From an uncultured bacterium (GTDB lineage: Bacteria; Krumholzibacteriota; Krumholzibacteriia; Krumholzibacteriales; Krumholzibacteriaceae): a stretch of 64,000 bases of DNA. Shown here piece by piece: positions 53,584 to 64,000 of the stretch. The notes beneath the pieces were generated by a model that was not told the DNA's origin, did not search any database, and saw nothing but the letters and a program-made list of their open reading frames with translations. The position numbers and the translations under genes were made by a program. The stretch's first letter is position 1, and each line of letters starts with the position of its first letter. The stretch covers positions 194,285 to 258,284 of the forward strand of contig CAWFAD010000011.1 of assembly GCA_963813815.1 (NCBI GenBank), read 5' to 3'.

Positions 53584-54451
53584 GTGCGCGCATCGCGTGG
53601 CTGCCCAGGCTGGTGGTGGCGCCCAGCTTCGTGCTGGCGCTGCTCTTCATCTACGGCCTGATCGCCTGGAACGGCTACCTGTCGCTGTCGGCCTCGCGCC
53701 TGCTGCCGAACTACGAGTTCGCCGGCTTCGAGCAGTACGTCACCCTGTTCGAGCAGCGAGCGCTTCCACGTCGCGCTGAAGAACATGGCCATCTTCGGCG
53801 TGCTGTTCGTCGGCGGCGCGATGGCCATCGGCCTGCTGCTGGCGATCCTGCTCGACCAGAAGATCCGCGCCGAGGGCGTGCTGCGCACGATCTACCTGTA
53901 CCCGATGGCGCTGACCTTCATCGTCACCGGCACCGCCTGGAAGTGGATCCTGAACCCCGGCCTGGGCCTCGAGCACCTGGTGCAGCGACTGGGGCTTCGG
54001 AGAGCTTCACGTTCGACTGGCTGGTCGACCCCGACATGGCGATCTACTGCGTCGTCATCGCCGGCGTCTGGCAGAGCGCCGGCTTCGTGATGGCGCTGTT
54101 CCTGGCCGGGCTGCGCGGCATCGACGACAGCATCATCAAGGCCGCGCAGGTCGACGGCGCCAGCCTGCCGCGCATCTACTGGCGCATCATCATGCCGAGC
54201 CTGCGGCCGGTGTTCTTCTCGACGCTGATGGTGGTGTCGCCACCTGGCGATCAAGAGCTTCGACCTGGTGATGGCGCTCACCGCCGGCGGCCCCGGCTTC
54301 GCGACCGACCTGCCGGCGACCTTCATGTACGCGATGGCCTTCTCGCGCGGCCAGATCGGCCTGGGCGCCGCCAGCGCCACGGTGATGCTGGCCATGGTGG
54401 CGGCCATCGTCGTGCCCTACCTCTACTCCGAACTGCGGGTGCAAGAAGTGA
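53584..54451 (+). CDS. Sugar ABC transporter permease (frameshifted; start approximate)
   Basis: [15 protein letters not shown] and EAA-like KAAQVDGA. Confidence 0.88.
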
Positions 54452-55304
54452 GCGCGGCTCGCCACTCCATCGACTGCTGCTGTGGTCCGCGCTGCTGCTG
54501 TTCGCGGCCTGGTTCCTGACGCCGCTGTACGTGATGGTGATCACCTCGCTGAAGGACATGCAGCAGATGCGCGCGGGCAACCTGCTGTCGCTGCCCGGCA
54601 GCCCGACCTTGGCGTCCTGGGCCAAGGCCTGGAGCAGCGCCTGCACCGGCATCGACTGCGGCGGCCTGAAGCCCTTCTTCTTGAACTCGATGCTGATGGT
54701 GCGTGCCGGCGGTGCTGGTCTCCACCGCCATCGGCGCGCTCAACGGCTACGTGCTGACCAAGTGGCGCTTCCCGGGCAGCGAGACGCTGTTCGCGCTGCT
54801 GCTGTTCGGCGTCTTCATGCCGTTGCAGGTGGTGCTGCTGCCGATGAGCCAGGTGCTGGGCTGGCTGGGCATCGCCAGTTCGATCTGGGGCCTGATCCTG
54901 GTGCACGTGGTCGCCGGCATCCCGAGCACCACGCTGTTCTTCCGCAACTACTACGTCGGCCTGCCCGACGAGCTGATCAAGGCCGCGACGCTCGACGGCG
55001 CCGGCTTCTGGCGCATCTTCTCGCGCATCGTGCTGCCGCTGTCGACGCCGATCATGGTCGTCACGCTGATCTGGCAGTTCACCAACATCTGGAACGACTT
55101 CCTGTTCGGCGTGGTCTTCTCGGGCGCCGACAGCAAGCCGATCACGGTGGGCCTGAACAACCTGGCCAACACCTCGCAGCCGTCAAGGAATACAACGTCG
55201 ACATGGCCGCGGCGATCATCGCCGCGCTGCCGACCCTGCTGGTCTACGTGCTGGCCGGCAAGTACTTCGTGCGCGGTCTGACGGCCGGCGCGGTCAAGGG
55301 ATGA
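54448..55304 (+). CDS. Sugar ABC transporter permease (frameshifted)
   Basis: [27 protein letters not shown] and [12 protein letters not shown]. Confidence 0.9.
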
Positions 55305-55310
55305 ATCACG

Positions 55311-56375
<1,065 letters not shown>

Positions 56376-57461
56376 TCAACGCATCGAGTAACCCAGCACG
56401 GGCTTCATTCCCGACATCGGCTCGAGCAACGCCAGCAACGGCTGCAACTCGCGATACCGGCCGGCGACTTTCGTCGCATAGGCGAAGAAGCGTGGCAGGT
56501 CGGCACTGTATTTCGCCTTGCCGTCGCGATGCTTCAGGCGGCAGAAGATGCCCAGCACCTTCAGGTGCCGCTGCAGGCCGATCCATTCGAGCTGGCGCCA
56601 GAATTCGCCGAAGTCGTCGGCGACGGGCAGCGTGGCGCGGCGCGCGGCCTGCCAATAGCGCGCCGCCCAGTCGATCTCGCGCTCTTCGTCCCAGGAGATG
56701 AAGGCGTCGCGCAACAGCGAGGCCATGTCGTAGGCGATCGGGCCGCATACCGCATCCTGGAAGTCGAGGATCGCCGGGTTGGGATCGGCGACCATCAGGT
56801 TGCGCGGCATCCAGTCGCGGTGCACGGCGACTTGCGGCTGCGCCAGTGCGCTGGCCAGCAGTGCGTCGCACACCCGATGCCAGGCGTCCTGCTCGCCAGC
56901 GGTCCAGGTGAGGCCGAACTCGCGCTGCACGCACCAGTCGGGGAACAGGTCGAGGTCGCGCTGCAGCATGGCCTGGCTGTAGGGCGGGAGCGCGCCGGCC
57001 GGCACATGCAATTGCCACTGCACGAGCGCGCGAATGGCGTCGCGCATCAGGGCATCGGCCTGCGCCGGCGTCGCCCCCTGCAGGGCATCGAGATACAGCG
57101 TGGTGCCCAGGTCGGTCAGCAGGACGAAGCCAAGTTCGGCATCGGCGGCCAATACCGTGGGCCGTGCAGGCCGGCGGCCTCGATCAGCGAAGCGACGTGC
57201 ACGAACGGCCGCACGTCCTCCTGTGGCGGCGGTGCGTCCATCACGATCAGGCTGCCGCCGCTTGCCGCGTCGAGGCGCAGATAGCGTCGAAAGCTGGCGT
57301 CGGCCGAAGCCGGGCGCAGCGTGGCGACGTCCAGGCCACGCGCGGCGGCCAGCGGTGACAGCCAGCGTTCGAAGGCCGCCTGGCGTTCGGAATCGGCCCA
57401 CAGCCACGGGCGACTCGGCACTGGGATCGCTGTGCAATGGCTTGGGCTGAATCGTCGTCAC
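56376..57461 (-). CDS. amgK: APH-family phosphotransferase, AmgK-like (frameshifted; start approximate)
   Basis: DASFRRY, VMDAPP, HRDWMPRNL, LDFQDA and LQRHLKVLGIF; divergent from lptD. Confidence 0.85.
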   Translation of the reverse strand: MTTIQPKPLHSDPSAESPVAVGRFRTPGGLRTLAVTAGRRAWPGRRHAAPGFGRRQLSTLSAPRRGKRRQPDRDGRTAATGGRAAVRARRFADRGRRPARPTVLAADAELGFVLLTDLGTTLYLDALQGATPAQADALMRDAIRALVQWQLHVPAGALPPYSQAMLQRDLDLFPDWCVQREFGLTWTAGEQDAWHRVCDALLASALAQPQVAVHRDWMPRNLMVADPNPAILDFQDAVCGPIAYDMASLLRDAFISWDEEREIDWAARYWQAARRATLPVADDFGEFWRQLEWIGLQRHLKVLGIFCRLKHRDGKAKYSADLPRFFAYATKVAGRYRELQPLLALLEPMSGMKPVLGYSMR

Positions 57462-57528
57462 GTTGTCGCTTTGTGCGTGGCGGCCGGGCTGGCACACCCT
57501 GTCATGGATAATTTTCATTCTACAAACC

Positions 57529-59884
57529 GTGCCTCGCCGCGCTGTCGCGCGCCGCTTCATGCCCCACCTCCACCCCCTGGCGCTCGCCGCCGTACTGCTC
57601 TTTGCGCTTGCCAGCGCCAGGGCACAGGGGACGGTGACGGCCGTGGCGCAGGCGGCCAGCGCCGCAGGTGCCGCCCATCCTGCGAGTGACGCTGCAGGCC
57701 GACGCAGTGCGCGGCCGGCCCGACCTGGAAACCGTGGCCGAAGGGCATGTGGAGCTGCAGTCGCGCCAACGTCACGATCCGCACCGACCATCTCAGCTAC
57801 GACAATGCCGAAGACCGCGTGCGCGCGCGTGGCAACGTGCAGATCGTCACCGCGGCGGTGACCGCTTCTCCGGACCCGAGCTGAATCTCACAGCTGCAAC
57901 GATTCGCGGGCTATGTCCTGCAGCCCGAGTACTTCTTTGCCCGCACCGGCGCCGGCGGCCACGCCGACGCGCATCGACTTCATCGACAGCGACCGTGTCC
58001 AGCTGACCAACGCCACCTACACCAGTTGCAACGTCGACGGCAGCGGCACACCGGCCTGGCTGCTGACGCACCGACCGCGTCAAGCTCGACTTCGAGGCCA
58101 ACGAAGGGATTGCCGACGGCGCCGTGCTGCGCTTCCTGGGCGTGCCCGATCCTGGCCATGCCGGAGCTGAGCTTTCCGCTGACGGATGCGCGCAAGTCGG
58201 GCTGGCTGCCACCGTCGATCAACCTCGACACCAAGAGCGGCCTCGAGTTGGCGGTGCCCTACTACTGGAACATCGCGCCGCAGCGCGACGCGACGCTGAC
58301 GCCGGTGGTCTACACGCGCCGCGGCCTGGGGCTGGGCAGCGAGTTTCGCTACCTCGAGCCGCAGCACCACGGTGAGCTGCAATTGCATGCGCTGCCGAAT
58401 CGATCGCGTGTACGGAGACTCGCGCTATGCGCTGCAATGGCAGCAGACAGGGACGTGCATGGGGCAACGGCAGTGGCGACGCCTGGCGCTGGGGCCACGA
58501 AGGCTCAGCGTGTCTCGGACGACACTTACTGGAAGGACTTCCCGAGCCTGCTGCGCACCGTGACGCCGCGCCTGCTGCCGCTGAGCGCCAGCCTCGAACG
58601 CGACTGGACCACCGCCGGCCTGCAGTCCACCACGTATGCCCGCACCCAGGATTGGCAGGTGCTGCAAGACGCCGATCCGCTGGCGCTGATCACGCGCGCC
58701 CTACAACCGCGTGGCGCAGTTCGGCTGGCGCGGCGCCGGGCGCTTTTCGCAGTGGGCGAGCGGCATCAACGCCGACTTCGAAACCGAAGTCAACCGCTTC
58801 GCGCTGGTCCACAACGACGCCGGGCCACCGCGTCCCGACGGCTGGCGTGCGCACGCGCTGGCCAGCGTCAGCCAGAGTTGGCGCACGCCCGGGCGCATGG
58901 CTGACGCCGCGACTGGCGCTGAACCTGGCAAGTTACAGCACCGACACGGCAATGAGCGACGGGCGCACGAGCGTCTCGCGCGCGATTCCGACCTTCAGCA
59001 TCGATTCGGGCCTGCTCTTCGAGCGGGACGCCTTGTGGTTCGGTCGCGGACTGCGGCAGACGCTCGAGCCGCGACTGCTGTACGTGAACACGCCGCTGCG
59101 CCAACAGGCGATGCTGCCGCTGTTCGACACCGCGCCAAAGGACTTCAACACCGTTTCGGTGTTCAGCGACAACGCGTTTACCGGCGTTGACCGCGTGTCC
59201 GACGGCCACCAGGTCACCGCCGGCGTGACCAGCCGCTGGCTCGATACGGTGAGCGGCGCAGAGGCACTGCGACTGGGCCTGGCGCAGCGCTATCTGTTGC
59301 GTGACCAGCAGATCACGCCGGACGGCGTGCCACTGACGCAGCGATTTTCCGACGTGCTTCTCGACGGGTCGGCACGATCTGTCGGATCTTGGATCCGTCG
59401 AAGCGGCGTTTCAGTTCAGCCCCGAAGTCAGGCGAGCCACGCGTTCGGTGCTCCGCACCAGCTACACGCCGGGACCGATGCGCACGCTGGCCGCCAGCTA
59501 CCGGCTCGTGCGCGGCGCCAGCGAATACGTCGACCTGGGCTGGCAGTGGCCGGTGTACCGCGGGACACGTCGGGCAGCAACTCGGGGTGTCGCGGCACGC
59601 TGTACAGCGTCGGCCGTGTCAACTACTCGGTCAGGGACAGCCGCATCACCGATTCGCTGGCCGGATTCGAGTACGACGCCGGGTGCTGGATCGGCCGCAT
59701 CGTCGCCGAACGGGTATCCACCGGCCGCACCGAAGCCACGACGCGACTGCTGCTTCAGCTCGAGCTGGTGGGCTTGTCGCGGCTGGGAACCAACCCACTG
59801 CAAGTCTTGAAGGACAATATCCCAGGCTACACGCTGCTGCGCGATGACCGCACCGACCCGCCGCTGCGCGAATACACCCAATGA
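57529..59884 (+). CDS. lptD: LPS assembly protein LptD (multiple frameshifts)
   Basis: RKSGWLPP, PYYWNIAP, EFRYL, TLEPRLLY and GFEYDAGCW..LELVGL..NIPGY. Confidence 0.92.
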
Positions 59885-59897
59885 GTCCGATCCACCG

Positions 59898-61239
59898 ATG
59901 AAGACCGTCCTGAAGATTGCAGCTGTGGTGGGCTGCTGCGCCCTGTTGCCCGCGCAGGCCCAGCCGACCACGCGCCAATGCCGCCGCTCACGCCCGACCA
60001 GCCCCATTGCGGCCAGGCGACTACATTGCCGCGGTCGTGAACCAGGAGCTGGTCACGGCCTACGAGCTCAACCAGCGCTTGAGCCGTGCGCGCGAAGAGG
60101 CGCAACGCAACAGACAACGCCTGCCCGACGAAGCCCGAGCTGCGTCGCCAGGTGCTCGACTCGTTGATCGAAGACCGCGCGATGCTCAGCTTTGCCCGCG
60201 ACAGCGGCATGCGCATCGACGATGCCGAACTCGACCGCACGGTCGCCAACATCGCGACGCAGAACCAGATGACGATGGCCCAGCTGCGCGCGCAGCTGGC
60301 CCGCGAAGGGCTGGACCTGGCGCGCTTTCGCGCCAACATGCGCGACCAGATGTTGATCGAGCGGGTGCGCGAGCGCGAGGTCGCACAGCGCATCCGCATC
60401 ACCGACAGCGAGATCGACGAGTTCATCGAGAAGCAGCGCGGCGCGGTCGCCGGCGAAGTGCAGTACAACATCGCCCAGATGCTCGTCACGCGTGGCCGAG
60501 AACGCCAGCGAGGCCGTGACGGCCGATCGGCGCGCGCGGGCCGAATCTGCACTGGCGCGCGTCCGCGGCTGGCGAGGCCTTTGCCGCCGTCGCCAAAGAG
60601 ATGTCGGAGGACACCAACAAGGACAAGGGCGGCGAGATCGGCATGAAGCCAGCCGACCGCCTGCCCGACGTATTCCTCGACGTCGTGCGTCCGCTGGCCA
60701 ACGGCGATGTGGCGCCCACGCTGCTGCGCACCGGCGCGGGCTTTCACGTGCTCAAGTTGATCGAGCGCAGCGACGGCAATGCGTTTCGTATCACGCAAAC
60801 CCGCGCCCGCCACATCCTGCTGCGGCCCTCAGCGCAGTTGAGCGCCCAGGCGGCGCAGGCGCGCCTGCTCGATTTCAAGCGCCAGATCGAAGTCCGGCCA
60901 GCGTCGATTCGAAGACCTTGCGCGCGAGCACTCGCTCGACGGCAGCGCGTCCGCGGGCGGCGACCTCGGCTGGGCCACGCCGGGTCAGTTCGTGCCCGAA
61001 TTCGAACAGGCGATGAGCGCGCTGCCGACCTGGTGGCATCTCGGCGCCGGTGGTGTCGCGCTTCGGCATCCACCTGATCCAGGTCGCTCGAACGGCGCAG
61101 CGTCGCGCTCGACGCCAAGCAGTTGCGCGATCAGGCGCGCACCGCATTGCGCGAGCGCAAATTCGAGACCGCCTACGCCGAATGGGTCCGCGAGGTGCGC
61201 GACCGCGCCTACGTCGAGTTCCGCGAAGCGCCGCTGTGA
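59898..61239 (+). CDS. surA: Periplasmic chaperone/PPIase SurA (frameshifted)
   Basis: IAAVVN, two parvulin domains ([20 protein letters not shown]) and RDRAYVE. Confidence 0.92.
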
Positions 61240-61246
61240 GCCCTGC

Positions 61247-62026
61247 TTGACGCATCAGGCCGCGCAAGCGCTTCGGTCAGCACTTCCTCGCCGATGGCGG
61301 CGTCATCGACGAGATTGTCTGCGGCCATCGGGCCGCGAGCGCCGGCCAGAGCGACTGGTCGAGATCGGCCCCGGTCTGGGCGCACTGACGCATGCCACTG
61401 CGTCGAACGCTTGCGAGCGCTCTGACGCGTCGGATCGAACTCGATCGCGACCTCGCAGCGCGGCTGCGCCGCACAGCCGCGCTCGACGTGATCGAGGCCG
61501 ACGTGCTGACGGTCGACTTCGACGCGCTGGCGCACGGCGCGCCAGAAGCTGCGTCTGGTCGGCAACCTGCCCTACAACATCTCGACGCCGATCCTGTTCC
61601 ACCTGCTGCCCGCCGCGGCCGGCGGTGCAGGACCAGCACTTCATGCTGCAGAAGGAAGTCGTCGCGCGCATGGCCGCCGCGCCCGGCCAGCAAGGACTAC
61701 GGCCGCCTGACCGTGATGTTGCAGTGGCGCTACCACATCGAGGCCCTGTTCGACGTGCCGCCCGAAGCCTTCGAGCCACCGCCGCGGGTGGTTTCGGCCG
61801 TTGTGCGCATGCTGCCCTGGCCGGCGCCGGCGGCGCTCGATGCGGGCGTGCTCGAAGAACTGGTGCGGGTGGCGTTCTCGCAGCGCCGCAAGCTGCTGCG
61901 CCACACGCTCGGGCGCTGGCTCGAAGAGCGCGGCTTCGGTGGCGCCTTCGACCTGCAGCGCCGCGCCGAGGAGGTGCCGGTGGCCGAGTACGTGGCGCTA
62001 GCGCAGGCCGTCGGCGGCGGCGCTGA
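61247..62026 (+). CDS. rsmA: 16S rRNA dimethyladenosine transferase (frameshifted; end approximate)
   Basis: [33 protein letters not shown] and FSQRRK. Confidence 0.93.
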   Translation: MTHQAAQALRSALPRRWRRHRRDCLRPSGRERRPERLVEIGPGLGALTHATASNACERSDASDRTRSRPRSAAAPHSRARRDRGRRADGRLRRAGARRARSCVWSATCPTTSRRRSCSTCCPPRPAVQDQHFMLQKEVVARMAAAPGQQGLRPPDRDVAVALPHRGPVRRAARSLRATAAGGFGRCAHAALAGAGGARCGRARRTGAGGVLAAPQAAAPHARALARRARLRWRLRPAAPRRGGAGGRVRGASAGRRRRR

Positions 62027-62671
62027 CGCCGTTGCCGCGGCGCGACCGCCAGGCGCCAAAGATCGCGATCACGCCGGGAATCAGGATCATCGCCCAGATG
62101 ATCTTGTCCAGGTTGTGGCGCACGACCAGGGAATGTTGCCGAACAGGTAGCCGGCGCCGACGAGACTGACCACCCACAGCGTGCCGCCACTGACGTCGAA
62201 CAAGGTGAAGCGGCGCCGCGTCATCGACGCCACGCCGGCCACGAACGGCGCGAAGGTGCGCACGAAGGGCATGAATCGCGCGAGCACCAGCGTGATGCCG
62301 CCGTAGCGTTCATAGAACGCATGCGCCTGCTCGAATGCCCGCTTGTTGAAGTAGCGGCTCTGCTCCCACTTGAAGACCCGCGGGCCGAAGAATCGACCGA
62401 TGCTGTAGTTGGTCTGGTTGCCGAGCACCGCCGCGGCGATGAGCAAAGCCATCGACGACGGCAGGTTCATCAGCCCGACGCCGCACAAGGTACCGACCAC
62501 GAACAGCAGCGAGTCGCCGGGCAGAAACGGCATCACCACGACGCCGGTCTCGACAAAGATGATCACGAACAGCAACGCGTAGACCCACGCCCCGTAGGTC
62601 TGCACGAACGTCTGCAGGTGCACGTCGACATGCAGGACGAAGTCGAGCAGGAGCTGAAGGGTCTCGGCCAT
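61998..62671 (-). CDS. dedA: DedA family membrane protein (frameshift near 62125)
   Basis: IFVETG...[10 protein letters not shown] and [16 protein letters not shown]. Confidence 0.9.
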
Positions 62672-62728
62672 GAAGAGGCATTATCCGGGTCGCCACCGTT
62701 GCAGCTGCCCGGCTGCGACAATCCGACC

Positions 62729-64000
62729 ATGTCAGCCATCCAGCAAGCTGCGGCGCCAACGATGCGGCGCCCGATCCGCGACCTGCCCGACGAACTGGTG
62801 AGCCAGATTGCCGCCGGCGAGGTGGTCGAACGGCCTGCTTCGGTGGTGCGCGAGCTGGTCGACAATGCGCTCGACGCAGGCGCCACGCAGATCGCGGTGA
62901 AGCTGATGGCCGGCGGCGTGCGCCAGATCGTCGTCGAGGACGATGGCCTGGGCATCCCGCGCGACGAACTGGCGTTGGCGCTGCGGCGCCACGCCACCAG
63001 CAAGATCGCCAGCCTGGCCGACCTCGAAGGCGTGGCGACGATGGGCTTTCGCGGCGAGGCACTGGCGGCGATCGCATCGGTGTCGGAGATGCTCACTCGT
63101 CAGCCGGACTGCCGATGCGGCGCACGCCACGCGCCTGGATGCCCGGAGCGGCGAGCTCGCGCCGACGGCGCGCGCGGTCGGCACCAGCGTCGACGTGCGC
63201 GAGCTGTTCTTCGCGACGCCGGCGCGGCGCAAGTTCCTGAAGGCGGACGCAACCGAACTGGCGCATTGCGTCGACGCCGTGCGCCGCCACGCGCTGGCGC
63301 GGCCCGGACGTCGGCTTCGCGGTCTGGCACGAAGGCCGGCTGGTGGCGCAGTGGCGCGCGACCGACGACAAGAGCGCGCGCCTGGCCGACGTGATGGGCA
63401 CCGAATTCATGGCCGCCAGCGTGGCGCTGCAGGCCCAGGCCGGGCCGCTGCGACTGCACGGCCGCGTGGGCGTGCCGGACGCGGCGCGGGCCCGCGCCGA
63501 CCAGCAATACACCTACGTCAATGGCCGCTGCGTGCGCGACCGCGGCGTCGCGCACGGCGTGCGCAGCGCGTTCGAAGACGTGCTGCATGGTGCGCGTCAG
63601 CCGGTGTATGTGCTGTTCATCGATGTCGACCCTCAGCGCGTCGACGTCAACGTGCACCCGACCAAGATCGAAGTCCGTTTTCGCGATGCGCGCGAGGTGC
63701 ACCAGGCGGTGCGCCATGCGGTCGAGAACGCATTGGCAATGCCGCGGGCCGCAGTCGGCGCTGGCGCCAGCCACGGCAGCTGGCGCCGTCTCGATGGCCC
63801 CGTCACACACACCGTGAGGCAATCACCACACAGACAACAGCCTGGGCATTGACACAGCAGCCATGTCATCGAGGCCGCACCCCTACACAAACCGGATGAG
63901 CCCCACACAGCACCAACATGACCAAGACACATGGGCCATGCCCGTAGCAGCACAACTCACCAGCACCGTCACTGCCCTCGGGAGCCAGGGTGATTGGTGG
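62729..64000 (+). CDS. mutL: Second MutL, partial and frameshifted
   Basis: [28 protein letters not shown] and DVNVHPTK; sequence degrades after about 63790. Confidence 0.9.

Noticed and set aside
63790..64000. A/C-rich tail as a separate element
   Set aside because: Better explained as degraded mutL sequence at a read end; no repeats or ORF.

Overview
This window joins DNA from two different bacteria at about 43,120. The left part (1-43.1 kb) is GC-rich and favours CTC/GCG/CGA codons. It carries an FlgD-Ig 'NPFNP' sorting-domain protein, which suggests an FCB-group candidate lineage such as Krumholzibacteria/Eisenbacteria/Latescibacteria (inference). It contains a PDZ-membrane-GAF-PP2C phosphatase; a 690-bp AT-richer intergenic region with two apparent small transcription units (a 16-aa Trp-rich micropeptide and a 144-nt rod-like RNA behind a consensus sigma70 promoter); an aldehyde:ferredoxin oxidoreductase (AOR) cassette bracketed by an ECF-S-like membrane protein and a TonB-dependent receptor; a 14-repeat RCC1/BLIP-II surface protein; four tRNAs; and a long minus-strand housekeeping run from xerD to apt (scpAB, rluB, hisC, cmk-plsC, ispH, rpsA, mtaB, miaB, mutS, mutL, miaA, der, plsY, gpsA, surE, pcm, rpoS-like). 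The right part (43.1-64 kb) looks like Burkholderiales DNA, favours CTG/GCC codons and is full of frameshifts typical of unpolished long reads. It holds a yceH fragment, an SDR, ETF-QO, a tandem glycine riboswitch with gcvT-gcvH-gcvP-sdaA, a sugar ABC transporter, amgK, lptD, surA, rsmA, dedA and a second mutL. The junction is most likely a chimeric assembly artefact. I saw no CRISPR array, transposase or reverse transcriptase. All calls come from motif recognition by eye; no database search was run.
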